A stretch of 64,000 nucleotides of DNA from Paragordius varius. Taxonomy: Eukaryota; Animalia; Nematomorpha. The translations under genes and the position numbers were made by a program. The notes beneath the pieces are model-generated. The model was not told the origin of the DNA and made no database searches. It saw only the letters and a list, made by a program, of their open reading frames with translations. Of the stretch, positions 24,401 to 38,262 are shown piece after piece (the first letter of the stretch is position 1; each line of letters opens with the position of its first letter). Location of the stretch: assembly GCA_964247055.1 (NCBI GenBank), contig OZ176056.1, positions 7,564,001-7,628,000 on the forward strand, in the 5' to 3' direction.

Positions 24401-25327
24401 AAAAGGGCGAAGCTATTGTCGGGGCATTCATTAATGATTATATTTTTTCGATAATTGGATTTGAATGGATCTACCGGTTTTCCGGAAACAGATCACAAAG
24501 CCACCTTTTTCCAATAGATAAATGATATAAACAATTATATTTTTTAGCAATCTTGAGTAAAGATCTCATCTCAATATGCCGTATCTGTTCTGCGCTTGCC
24601 TTATTTTTTTCTGGACAATCAAATGATAATATTTTACAAAAACTCTTGGCAAACCCACACGCTAAAAAACTGGAAAATGCTGACAATTATAATACTAATC
24701 AAAATTTTGATGTGTATGAAAATGTTTTAGGAGCCAATAAAGTATGTATTTATTGTAGTTTTTAATTTAAAGTAAAAAATGTAATTATACGGACAAAATG
24801 TAACTAATTTAAAAGAAAAACCATACTTTTAAAACCTTATTGTAAAATATAGGATTGATTGTGTTAGTAATATAAATAATTATATATATCTATCTTTTTT
24901 TTAACATTGCTATAAACAATGAGATTTTTAAAATAATCAACATATAAAAAGTATGGTTGTCTTTTAGAAAATAATATGTGTCTTTAAATTTTTAGGTTTT
25001 CTCCGTATAATTGCAATTTTAACTGTAAATTAATAGATAATATAAATATAAAAGAATTCATTAATCATAAAAAATACAACTTAATAAATTTACACTAAAA
25101 TTTTTTTTCTTATATATATATATATATATAATGGAAAATTCACCCTAATTATGTGTTTTTGGGATAACATAATTCCTCATCAATATAAATATAACTTTAT
25201 GGTATAATTTATTATTTTTTCATTATTATATTTATTTTAAACTTAAAAAAATAAAAAAATATAAGTAATATTTAATCTTAAAGAAACACATAATTCAGTT
25301 TAGGGTGAATTTGAAGTGTAAATGGTA

Positions 25328-25375
<48 letters not shown>

Positions 25376-27042
25376 AAAAAATTAAGTAATATTTAATCTT
25401 AAAGAAACACATAATTTAGTTTGGAGTGAATTTGAATTGACCTTATTGCCATTTTATTTAATCGCTCATTTTTTTCAAGTTTCAAGATGGAAAAAACAGT
25501 TCCAGCATTATTCAATCACAACAGGCTGCTGTTGCATTATTGAACAATTCCTATCTCATTACGACATTGCATGTTAGGGCGCGTGGGGATGGCACCTTAG
25601 CTATAAAACGGAGTCAAACTAATCTTATATCCGTTCCACCCGCCCTCTCTACAACGTTTGAGTTGGATAATTTGCATTTACTCGGTCTGAATTCAAGGTC
25701 ATTCCCTTGTAAATTTGCTAGGGATCAACACAGTGAATACGGTTATAACTGTAATACTGCTTCTACTTATACTTCTACTAAAGATGCATTTGATACCTTG
25801 TTTGCTCATGCTCCTGAAAAATTGGATATCGTGAGAAAGGTAGTGGTTGGTTGGTTTTTTTACTCTAGTAAAATTGAAAAATTTTTGAGCAGAAATAAAA
25901 GATTATTTTTATTGTTTCTACTTTATTTTGGCATATTTTAGACACATTTTCTACATTATAATATTTTGTTGTATTCTTACAAATGTTGGTCGTTAATTAC
26001 AAAAATTAGGTGTTTAAATATAATGATTTTCTAAGGGTTTTTTGGTTATTTTAAATACTCAACCTAACTCAATGCATATCCCAACTTGATATTATTTAAA
26101 ATTTAAAAAAATCATCATAGAATAAAGGTTATATTTTATGATTAATTTGCTAATGTTAGAACTTTTAAGATATCTATATGTATATTTTCAATTTTTAGTC
26201 ATTGTTGACTTTTGCCAGAAAGCATTTATCTGCATTCAATATTGATGTTTATGATTTAGAAGAACAGGTAATATTTTTGGATATACTATCGAAATTATTG
26301 AATTATTTTTATAAATAAGTTAAAATTATTGATATTTTATAATTTATACAATAAATATAACGGTTAAACATCAAATTAATTAGCTTTCAAAAGGCAGTAA
26401 TTAAAAAATGTGTCAAATTATAAAAAGAATAAAAATTTTCAATTTATTAACTGTTTTATAACATATGGTAATTTGGGTTATGGCATTAACATTATTGTTG
26501 ACTTTGTATAGCAAGTATTTTAGTTTTTATGTTAGAATTTTTGCTTTTTTTAACCTTGCTTATTTTGGATTAGATTTGATCATTTGCTCTATCTATTTCC
26601 GATTTGAAAAATAAAACGATGGATGTTAATTCTAATTTAAATATATAATAAAATTGTTAAACATTTTTCTGTATATATATATGTTTAGTTTAATGATGGA
26701 TGTCTATTTATCCTATTGTTGAGTCAATTGGAAAATGTATTTATCCCCCTGTATTTATATCATCAAGAAGTCCAAACTCACGACGATAAGGTTTTATAAT
26801 AAAATAAAAAAATTTGCAGCAAAATTTTACAGTAAAATGTTAAAATCATAGTATAACCTTTAATTTGTTCATAAAAGATTGTCAATTATTCAATTATATA
26901 TCTTATCTTTTTATTTTCCATTATAAATATAAAGTTATGTTTGGAAAAATACTTTTTATTCTAAATATCCCCAAGTTCATTATTTAACTATTTTTTCTAT
27001 ATTTATATATTATTTAAAGCTTATTTTTTTCATAATTTGGAG

Positions 27043-27095
<53 letters not shown>

Positions 27096-27743
27096 AGGTC
27101 CATAATGTTAATTTTGTGTTGGAATTGATGGCAAAATTAGATTATGACAAAACTATGGTAACTACAGCTGGTAAACTTTTACTTTTTAACTTAAAATTTT
27201 TTCAAAATATTTCCGAACATTACGATATTAATGCCAAAGAAAACACTTTAGTCAGTTAATTTATAATAAAGAAATCTCTTATTTTTTTTATATAACCCTA
27301 TGTAATTCAATAATGAGATTAAAAAGTATTTGCCTATTTTTTTTGTGGTTAAAGTATTATGTTTTGTAAAAATTATAATTCTATAAATTATAAAAATTTT
27401 TATTTTTATATTTATATAAAATGGGCTTTATATAGAAATTATATACATCTTAAATATTTAAGTTAATGTCGCGCATTTTAATCGATAAAATAAATACTAT
27501 TTTTTGGATAAAAAATTAATTGTCACATTTATATAAAACGAATTTTTTATTGCGTTAGTTGGCAACTTTTATCAATCAAATTTAAATTTATTCCTTTTTT
27601 CATTTATATCTTTACTGAATATCTATTCTAATTCACTTACATTTCTATTTATATCATATATAGATGTGGTCAACAAAGATTTGAAAGCTATATTGCGATT
27701 ACTATACGCCTTTTTTTCCAAAAGCAAACTACAATCGCACTAA
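21424..27743 (+). CDS. parvin: Parvin (PAT-6/affixin family, tandem CH domains), ~458 aa; exons 21424-21508, 21542-21637, 21705-21775, 22370-22475, 23399-23539, 24548-24741, 25480-25839, 26199-26267, 26689-26790, 27098-27170, 27664-27743
   Basis: Diagnostic motifs are EERWMIDP, VLIDWIND...VKDLEEDLYDGQIL, ELTQSEERQRQKL, KDAFDTLFAHAPEKL, FNDG..FILLL and DVVNKDLKAILRLLY. All splice phases are consistent (1377 nt including the stop). Confidence 0.93.
23944..24530 (-). mobile_element. Non-autonomous Helitron copy 2 (short subfamily), in a parvin intron
   Basis: The 3' terminus (CTAG with both hairpins) is on the minus strand at 23944. It has one internal unit and an eroded 5' end near 24530, and its subterminal block is shared with the copy at 52530. 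Confidence 0.8.
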
Positions 27744-27746
27744 TTT

Positions 27747-27788
<42 letters not shown>

Positions 27789-28399
27789 TAGACATGCATT
27801 TAGTTTACCTTTTAAAATCACTTTTTTAAGACCAAAATCATGATGAATGAGAGCTTCCATTATTTTTATAATAATTATATAAAAATAATTTATTTTGATA
27901 CCCTCGCTAGACCATATTTTATTGTGTATTATATGTGCGTTTAATTATGAAATTTTATTTTAAAGTTGAAAAAATTGATGCATAAATATCAATATTTTTT
28001 TTCAAATATATTCTGATTAAATTTACTGCGTAATATGTTATTTTCCATCTCTCTTTTATTACTTTAATGAAAATAAGAAATTTTATCATTCGGAAAATCT
28101 TGGTACCTTTCACACAATTTACTTTATCTATATGATATAAACACATATCATATTTCATCGCTTCACATCCCCGCAGATGATAAATACACAGGAATTTCCA
28201 TCCTCATACCGAACACACAATTCTAAATTTCAGGCACATATCGTCCTTTTTATTATTCTTCCGAACGAATCAATAATTTTTAAAAAACATGTAAAAAATC
28301 AGTGAGCCTATCTTACTCATCTTTTTACTATATTGCAGTACACCACCACTATGCCAAATTCCCATAAAAATGAATAACTTTGGAAAAATAAATTACCAT

Positions 28400-29150
28400 A
28401 ACCTTACGCTAAAAATGGTGACATGGAATATATGCGGCAGTTTATTAACAAATTCGATATAAGAATTTGTGAAAGGAAACGGTTAAACATTAAGGTGTTT
28501 TAGCTATAGGAAAGTCATATGCAACATAACTCACACATATTTGACAATCATTCGTTTTATAACTCACCAAACATACTGATATAGACTGTCGGATTGAATC
28601 CCTATGAAACCCTAAGCTATAACATATACACAGTGTATACATAAAAGCTATGATGATATTTATATATATTCTGATAGGAAAATGTATCAGGATTTTCTTG
28701 GTGCTTTTGGTTTCGGCCCTTACGATTAATTTAAGAAAGTTATTTAAATTCTTGTGGTAAATTTTCCATGGCAGAAAAATTGGCGTAAATCTAGTTAAAA
28801 AATTTTTTTGGGGAAGGCTAAATGCTTAATCTAAAAATTATCATTAAAAATATCGTAAACTACATAAATAAATTTATTTATATGATTTAAATTATAATGT
28901 AGGATCGGAATATCTCATATATTTGTACCTATCCAAAATGGGCAAGTTCTCTTAAAATAAAGGCTAAATGCCGAGATTGAGCGATAAAAATTTATATGAT
29001 GATCTTCGCATCTTAAAAGTTTTTTTCCGCAAAAATGGATATTTTCCATATTTATTTTATAGCAAAATTTGTGAAGCAAATTTTATGGTATTTGGAAGCA
29101 TGGTGGAAACGGTATTAAAACACTGTAACATATTATATAAGCATTTCTAT
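28400..29150 (+). mobile_element. Possible highly degraded Penelope-like retroelement RT fragment
   Basis: RLSDKNLYDDLRILKVFFRKNGY resembles the RICS...EL..L...F..NGYP block that follows PLE reverse transcriptases. Upstream SYDDIY and KYRKL fragments occur in the expected order, but across many frameshifts. Confidence 0.35.
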
Positions 29151-29417
29151 ATGATTTAATGATACTGAACATTTTACCTCAAAATTATGTAAATTTGTTC
29201 CTCTTAAAATTTATGTAAAATGCAAAACTCACCTAATTCTAAAATCGAGCTAATTTTGAGATGTTAGTAATGTTCAGTATCATTATATTGTATTGAAACA
29301 GTGTTTTTATAACATATTTAGGCGTTTTTATACCGTTCCAACATGCTTAAAATAATATGGAGTACACGGCACGAAAAAATTTAGGACTTACACTAAAATT
29401 TAAATTTTATTAAAATA

Positions 29418-31124
29418 CTAGCGTAAATCTCGTGGACGCAGCCCGAGGAAGTCCTTCAGACTTCTGGGGAGGGGGGGGTTTGAAGTTTGGATTTGAATGG
29501 GTCTACCGGTTTTCCGGAAACAGATCACAAAGTTACATGAGAAATCAGTTTTTAGCGGGTAGCTCCTTACCCAGCAGCTATTATCAAAGAAACGCCTGAC
29601 TAAAATTTTTGCCTTTTAACAGAGAATACGTGGAATCCATATTGAATTTTTACGGTCTCATACCTAGGGCGAAAAATAGATTTAAAAAATTATTTTTGTG
29701 GACTTTGTTTTTTGAAAAAAATGGCATTTTACGGGGGTAGCGGGTAAAAAGAGGGCCTAAATCAAAAAAGTGACTCGACTATGTTCGGCGCATTCGAAAA
29801 TAAGTAAACAAAAATTATATTTGAAATTGAATGATCCAACACGTTCTCCAGAAAATTGTCTCAAAGACACGATTTTGGACTTCTGTTTTCAAAAAAAAAC
29901 CGTTTTTCATACGGGGTGGGCCCGAACTGGGGGCCTATTTCAAAAAAAAGGCGAAGCTATTGTCGGGGCATTCATTAATGATTATATTTTTTCGAAGTTT
30001 GGATTTGAATGGGTTTACCGGTTTTCCTGTACCAGATCACAAAGCCAGCATTTTCCATTTTTATAAATATATAGATTACCATAAATAATGTATTAATATC
30101 CATATATCTTTTAACATCCTATACATATGATAGATACTCCTTACTCAGCAGCTATCATCAAAGACACGATTGACTAAAATTTTTGCCTTTTAACAGGCAA
30201 TATAAAAAATCCTTCTCGTATTTTTACAGTCTCATACCTTGGAAAAATTACAATAAAAAAATTATTTTTTTGGACTTTGTTTTTTTTGAAAAAAATGGCA
30301 TTTTACGGGAGTAGCGGGTAAAAAGAGGGCCTAAATCAAAAAAGTGACTCGACTATGTTCGGCGCAATCGAAAATAAGTAAACAAAAATTATATTTGAAA
30401 TTGAATGGTCCAACACGTTCTCCAAAAAATTGACTTAACCCATTTTTTACCCGGGGTAGGACCGAACTGGGGACCTAATTCCAAAAAAGGGCGAAGCCAT
30501 TGTCGGGGCATTCATTAATGATTAAATTTTTTCGATGTTTGGATTTAAATGGGTTCACCGGTTTTCCGGAAACAGATCACAAAGTTACATGAGAAATCAG
30601 TTTTTAGCGGGTAGCTCCTTACCCAGCAGCTATTATCAAAGAAACGCATGACTAAAATTTTTGCCTTTTAACAGGGAATACGTGGAATCCATATTGAATT
30701 TTTACGGTGTCATACCTAGGGCGAAAAATAGATTTAAAAAATTATTTTTGTGGACTTTGTTTTTTGAAAAAAATGGCATTTTTCGGGGGTAGCGGGTAAA
30801 AAGAGGGCCTAAATCAAAAAAGTGACTCGACTATGTTCGGCGCAATCGAAAATAAGTAAACAAAAATTTTCGAAATTGAATGATCCAACACGTTCTCCAG
30901 AAAATTGTCTCAAAGACACGATTTTGGACTTCTGTTTTCAAAAAAAAAACCGTTTTTCATACGGGGTGGGCCCGAACTGGGGGCCTATTTCAAAAAAAGA
31001 GCGAAGCTATTGTCGGGGCATCATTAATGATTATATTTTTTTGAAGTTTGGATTTGAATGGGTCTACCGGTTTTCCTGTACCAGATCACAAAGCCAGCAT
31101 TTTCCATTTTTATAAATATATAGA
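29418..31124 (-). mobile_element. Non-autonomous Helitron, compound copy 3 (same architecture as 9144-10844; internal 5' end at 30075)
   Basis: The minus strand starts A|TCTATATATTTATAAAAATGG at 31124 and ends ...ATTTACGCTAG|T at 29418. It has three internal units and the same ~60-bp spacer before the internal 5' end. Confidence 0.85.
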
Positions 31125-32335
31125 TTGTATTGCTTTTTTGTATTTATGATATATATATATATATATATATATATTTAGTAAATATTTTGGAATAATTTAT
31201 TTAGCATTCTTCAAAAAAATTATTTAACAAAATACTCTCAAATGTTGTCATTATCAAATATGGTTCAGTTGGCACAAAAGTGTAAATAACTTTCTTAATT
31301 AACTCGTAAGGGCCCAAAATCAAAAGCAACATGATAATATTCTGATATATTTTCTTAACAGAGAATATATATATATATATATATTAACATCTTTTTTGTG
31401 GACGCTGTTATATTATATATGGTATTATCATATAATTGAATAAATAGGAATGAAGACGTAAATATTAACATATAGCACTACGAAATCACCTTAAATTTTG
31501 TACGCCAAATTTTTTGAATTATCAAATATCGTTATAAAATAGCATTAAAAAATAAATATGAAAATATAATTTCGACAAAAACAATCCCTTTAGTATATAA
31601 CTTTCTGTTATATTCGATTTTATGTAATATATATGTTAACTAAAATAAAGCTGAAATATGCTATTTGGAAGAAGAGATAAATATTGTCCAAAAAATTAAT
31701 GATTTTGAGTAAAATGCTAGGGAGCCTCATATATTCTTCTAACAATTGCTTAGGAGAGACTAAATTTTGAATTATAAAAAATTAAATAATCTCTAAAAAC
31801 ATGAGCTCCTAGGGTTGTATATCCAGAACAATTTGTAATTCAAAAATCAATATAAATTTCAGGTATTAGGCCTAAATTAATATGATTGGGGTTTTATGCG
31901 CTTAATTTAAATAAATTTCTTTGAATAAAATCCTAATCCCAAACTCTTAGCCGCCATTTTTTTCTAATTTTTTTGAATCGCTTATGCAACATGCAAATAA
32001 ATGTATATTATGGTTAGAAAATTTAAATAATTAATTTTGGTAAGTTTTCAGGTTGCATTTTACAAGCAAAAACTTGATATTTAGTGATCAAAATCAGCTT
32101 TTTTAGGAGCTGTTCCTATTTTGGACTCTAGAAAAATTTCAAAAAATATAAGCTTTCTTACCAAACACAGGATAACAAAATTTTTTTATTTTAACTAAAA
32201 TAGCTTTGAAAATGGTAGTTAAGCTATGAAATTTAAAACTACACCAATATCTCACCGCGGACAAAAAAGTCAGAAGTGTTGAAAATATGAATTTTTAATA
32301 TTCATACAATGTACAATAAAGATATCGTCACTTGA

Positions 32336-32879
32336 CACTTGGATAACCACATTCATTCACTCTTCCAATTCAAATAAAGGCTTTAAGGATCCCAGGCAAA
32401 ATCAAATATTTCTAAAAATATGAAACAAATTAAAACCATTGCAAAAGTTTGTCATTTAACATGATGCACCGAATTTAAAAAACGCTTTATTAACAAAACT
32501 TTTTATTACTTATTTTATGGATGAACATTAAGGTAAAAATATAGTCAACATGACTGTGTGTGCATTACTAAATATAATAATAATGCATAAACTACTTTTT
32601 ATGTTTGATTTATTATATGTGATTTAATTAAAAAATTAGCTTCAATTTTAGCGCAAGTCAAAAAATGATATTTGCAAAAATGTGCCAAAATAAAAATGGG
32701 GTCGAATTAGTAGTTAGATATGGATTTTTCAAAATTAAATAATTTATATTTTGGCAACCTTATATAATGTTTATAAATATAGACAAAAAATTTAAATTAA
32801 ACCGCTTCTCTCAGTAGTTTATCAATATAAACTAAATATAGTTTAAGTTCTTTAGATGCTCCCACTTTGAATCAAAGTG
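32336..32879. mobile_element. piggyBac-like MITE family D, diverged copy
   Basis: TTGA|CACTTGGATAACCACATTCA ... CCCACTTTGAATCAAAGTG|TTAA. Confidence 0.6.
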
Positions 32880-35309
32880 TTAAGTGCATGTCAAATAATT
32901 TTATGGCATGTTCCAAATTTTGCATTACATTGTCCAGAATAACTCCACTTTTAAATACTTGATAATTAAGGTATTTATGATGTTGGAATTCATACTATTG
33001 CATTAAACAGACCAACTGTAAAAAATGCCTTAAACTCAATGATGCCCGATTTAGTATTAATATTTATACCTATTTAATTATGCTGCGCAAGCTGTTCCCG
33101 GCATTTTTTGCTCAGTTTTTTTTTTCGTATTTCAATAACTATATTATAAAAATTAAAAAATAACGTTACTAAACTCAAAATAAATATTTTGTATTTAACG
33201 TTAAAAACTGAAACCATAATTTTATAATTTTACCCTATAACCTATTACAGTGTACGGCAAAAATTGGGGTTAAAAAATAAGGTTATGCTGCAATATACCG
33301 ATTGATAGCAAATTTTGTCCAGATTAAGAACATGAAAACATCTATGTGGTAATTTATAAGACAGCCCTTTAATTTGTGTTTAAACTAGGCCTATAATACT
33401 CTATAATGACTGATTTATAATAGGTTATAGGCGATTTTATGAAATAAAATATTTTATTAGTTTATATAATTATGAAGACCTCTATATTAGGTGGATATCT
33501 TATAAAAGGTGGATTTATATATAAATCTCTAATATTAAGCATAATTTTGTTACTATAATTAATATTTTTAAATTTTGGCAGTTTCTTTGTGATGAATTTT
33601 TTGAAATTTTACATTTATAAATAATATTTGTAAACAAAATTTACAGTTATTTAAACTATACAGACAAAATGTAAAAATTAAAAAACATTTTGAAAAACAA
33701 CCATTCTTTTAATTTAACTCGTCGCTATGAATTTCAAAACGTAAAAATATAAATTGGTTACGATTATATAAATTCAATCAACTCTAGGTAAAATTAAATT
33801 TATAAAAGGTATGGTTGTTTATGTTTAAAAATATTTGTTTTTTAGTTTATACGTTTTGTCTGCATATCATATAGATTTTTTATCGTTAGTTATCAAATTT
33901 TTTATAGCATGAGCATCTATAATTAGAGCAACAATCTTTTTATTAACTTTAATGTTTTCAATTAAATTTTTAATGTTTTAATACCGCAATACAAAGATAC
34001 AGCTCTGATACTCGGCCAACAAACAAACTATAGGCTATTTTTAAAAATTAATATGGGTGTTTTTGATGATAGGTGGATTTTAAACAGGTTTAGTGACGTT
34101 ACATTAAAACTAATTAGCCAATTCTTACATGAAACGTCCATCAAAATCTAATTCATATTCAGAAAACCACCATTTCATCTATCTTGTTACTAAAATAGGG
34201 CGTTTGGGTGATGTAATCTATAAAGACTGCTACATCAAAATCAATTAGCCAAGTCTTACAATAAACCCTCCACCATATCTACAAAAGAACTTGGCCATTA
34301 TAAATAATATTTTGATATTCATTATAAAAAATAATGTTTTAATAAATTATCCGTATTTAACCATAAAAATGAATGGGGTCATAATATCTTACAAAATAAA
34401 TATTTTAAATCTATAAGAGATATAATATGGTTATTTTTTACAATATATTTTCATGTTTTGTTATAAATCAATTAATGCAGACAGCCATTTTGTATAGCCC
34501 CAATTTTTTCACAAGAATTTTAAGATGATCAAAAGTCATTGGGACGATCTAATTTAAAAATTAAAAATGAAACTAGATTGCCAAACTACCTCTCTTGTTT
34601 ATTTTTCAACTTATACACTAAACGTTTAAACTAAAAGATGAATATTTTTTTTAAAAGATAACCCCATACTTTTAAAACCCTAATTTTTTAAATATTATTT
34701 TTCTATATTTAAATGATTGTTTTAAATTGCAAAGTATGAAATTGACGTTTGGTGAGACAACATTTATGTTTTTAATTGTAATTAAATGATGTATATAGAA
34801 AAAATTAAAGTATGAAAAAGTATCGTTGTCCTTAGAAAAAATATTTGTTTCTATAATTTAGAGTTTTGTCTGTATAATTCCAATTTTTGTTGAAAGTAAT
34901 AGATCTGCAAATAATTAACACTATCATATTAATAATATCGTTTATTACATCTTTAGAATTAGAATTAATATTAAATTAAATCATAAATATATTTTAAAAG
35001 TAAAAGATTTACATTAAAATTTTGATTTAAACTCTAAAAGTCAAAAATTTAGAAATCCCCCTTCCCCTCTTAGAAAGGTATATTTATGCGCACAAATGCT
35101 GAGATCGCGCGTTAGTTTTGATTTTTTTTTCACAAATGCATGCTTTTGCTTCAAAGTTTAAATTGTAGCAAAATTTTGTTAAAGCGTACTTCATGGTATT
35201 GTATGTCAAATACAAAGGTGATACAATAGTTTTTTTTGAATACTAATTTTGTCTATAATCTAAGATCACTTATATAAATAATGTATTCAAATCATTTAAC
35301 ATATTCCCT

Positions 35310-36300
35310 TGTCCGAATCCAAGCCGGTGCTTTTCTTTCCTTGTTTTCGCCGTTGTCTCCCCGTTTTCGACCTGAGTTCTTTATCATTCTCCTTTCCGTT
35401 GCTTTGTCCCTCCACCACTTCCAGATAATTAATGGTTAAACTACTAAACTCATCAGTTTGGTTCACCGTTTAACCTCCCTCATACCCATCTCCACCCTTT
35501 ACAGTGCACGAGAGTACCCAATTCGTTCCAAGATTAAACCTTTTCTCCATCCCCCAATTCCTAACTTTAGAGAAACTCTCCCGATTAAATTTGGTTGTGT
35601 ATGGTGTCGCCATATACAATTGTTACGGGGGTATTTTTATAACCCAGGAGAAAGGGGTATTAATATTTCTTTTGAACAATAAGCTATAGGGACACTCTTT
35701 TGTGGCGCTATGGCGGAGCAATAACTCCACTTAATTTATTTTTTTCTAAAGTTGGAATCCACTAGTGATAAGTGTGCTTTTAAGGTCTATAAACCACGTC
35801 CCATATGTTCGTGAATCAAGGAGGGCACTTGGTGTTAAATGTTTGCTCGTTGCAAGGTATCTTCAAATTATTTAATGCAAAATATGAAGCATTATCAATA
35901 GCAATCATCGAAGAAACCCGTACATTACACATCAAACCAAAGCAAACGGAGTTAACATTTCTTAAGAATTCAACCACAGCTCATATCTACTATCGATAGC
36001 CACCAACCAAAACCCATTAAGACCGGCAAAATCCAGATTTATCATTCTATTCGATTTTTGAGTTAAACTGCTTTAAGATAACTTCGGTTTAGCTGACACA
36101 CTCCACCAAATCTCACATGACTTTCAATGTCTTGGTTTATACCTCGCCAAAAAACCCTAGCCCTTGCACACTATCTCATTAAATTTGCGCAAAATGTCCA
36201 ACATGCAAAAAGTTTAACGTCTTATTAAGCAAGCCCTGGGAATAATATGATGATTGCCCAATACAGCAATCCCTACGATGCTTGTATTTCATATACAACA
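35310..36300 (-). mobile_element. Degenerate Ty3/Gypsy integrase fragment
   Basis: Frameshifted minus-strand reads IIPR..LNFLHVGHF..RVFWRGINQDIESHV...CQ (HHCC zinc domain), INLDFAG, IAIDNASYF and ATKECPYSLLFKRNINT, in integrase order. No LTRs found. Confidence 0.75.
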
Positions 36301-37010
36301 AAAAATTTAAAGCCATTATCATACTTTATTGAAAAATGAATAAATAGAGAATGGAATAGTTGATTAAATCTTAATAATTTCCTCAAATTATGATCTCACC
36401 TCAATAATTAATCATTCAATAAAATATGCATTTATTCCTTAAAACATATATATTAATATTCTACATATATATCATCACATAACTATTTTCGTTTCGTTTC
36501 ACAATAAAAAATGTGGGATAGAATTATTATATACAAAATTTGGTGGTTTTTTGACGTTCTGACAACACATAACTCTTTATTTATAGGGGAAAAATGATTC
36601 AAAATTTTTTCAATCATATTTGCATGATTTTAAAATATTTTTTTGAGAAAAAAAGGGTAAATTAATTTTGAGATGCATTAGTTGTGATTGGGAGAAAGAC
36701 TGGCGGTGGATTGGCCCTTGAATCTAAAAGATAATAATAAATTAAATAAAATTTATCTATATTACGCAGATAAATGCGTAATAAAATATAAAAACGTTTT
36801 AGGATAAAATTTTATTTAAATTTTGCGGCGGTAATAATTGTATATAGAAAAACACATCTTTACTTTTTAAAGCTATATAAAACACAGAGTTTAAACCTAA
36901 AAAGTATGAATCTAGGCATATTTAATTAATTTTAGCTCACACACGATATATGCTAAAAATAATTGTTAAAATCATTTCATTATTTAAAGGTTTTAAATAC
37001 TTAAATAATA

Positions 37011-38216
37011 TCAATCAATACCCAATGTAATTGGAGTGGTGTGCCTTTGAATACTATTGATACTGCTTTGTATTGATAAATTTTGATTGTTATGATTGTT
37101 TAGGAGATTTAAGTTATTAGAGTTTATATTGGATACGATATTATTAGTTAATGTATTTTGTTGAGAGTTAACATTTTCGCCCATATTGTTTTCGATTGCA
37201 ATATGTTGTTCATTATTGATGTTTATATCAGCTTCTGCAGGGTTTTCTAAACCTAAAAGACACAAAAAAAACAAAATAAACCAAATTTCAAGATTTTTAA
37301 ATAAACCAAGGATTACCAGAGCTTTTAAAAAACTTTTTTGTAATTAAACCACCGTGTTTAATAATCTTAAAATTATCAGAGTCATAAATGTGGGAAGAAA
37401 CCGTGAAGCATAGCTAAAAAATATTAAGAAAAAATACATCCTTTTTTAATGTTAATATATAAAACACGTCCAATATATATATATATATATCAATTGATCA
37501 AAACTGTTTTTATCGAAATTGGACTTTTTCATTTATTATAAAAAGTTATAAAAATTGTTTAAAGACCATAAAAAAGATGTTTAATACCTCCTAGCGGTTC
37601 ACTTTGATGTTCATAGTTTAAGAAATCCCAAATTAGTATTGTATCATCATGCGATGAGGAAACAATTTGAAATTCATCGAATTGTAAGCGAAAAACGCGT
37701 CCGGTATGTTCCTAAAATTAAAAAGATTTTTATTAATGCAAAAAAAATTTGGGAAAAAAAAACATTTTATAGTATATATTGGCATAAAATGAAAATACAG
37801 TAAAAATTAAAATTATACGGACAACTAGTAAAAATATAAAGACAAATATTTTTTTCTAAAAAACCAACCATACTTTTATAAAGCTTCATTTTTCTCATAT
37901 AAATTATATTAATTACAATTGTAGGATATATGATTGATTGTGTAACCAATATACATATCAATTTTATACTTTGCAATTCAAAACAATTAGTTATCTTTTC
38001 AAAAAATAAAGATAAAAACGTATGCTTGTCTTTAAAAAAACATTTGTCTTTATATTTTTAAGTTTTGTCCGTATAATTTAAATATTTCTGTAGTCATGTA
38101 CTGTACTGTTTTATATAACTCATTTAAATTCAAATTAACACTGTAAACAATATTACAGAATCAAAAATATGATAATTGGGGGAATGTAAGCTTAATACGG
38201 AAAAATAAGGGTTTAA

Positions 38217-38262
<46 letters not shown>

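Noticed and set aside
27955-28270. Minus-strand ORF and an ICGDVK motif suggesting a transposase remnant
   Set aside because: A single short motif, with no termini and no collinear second motif.
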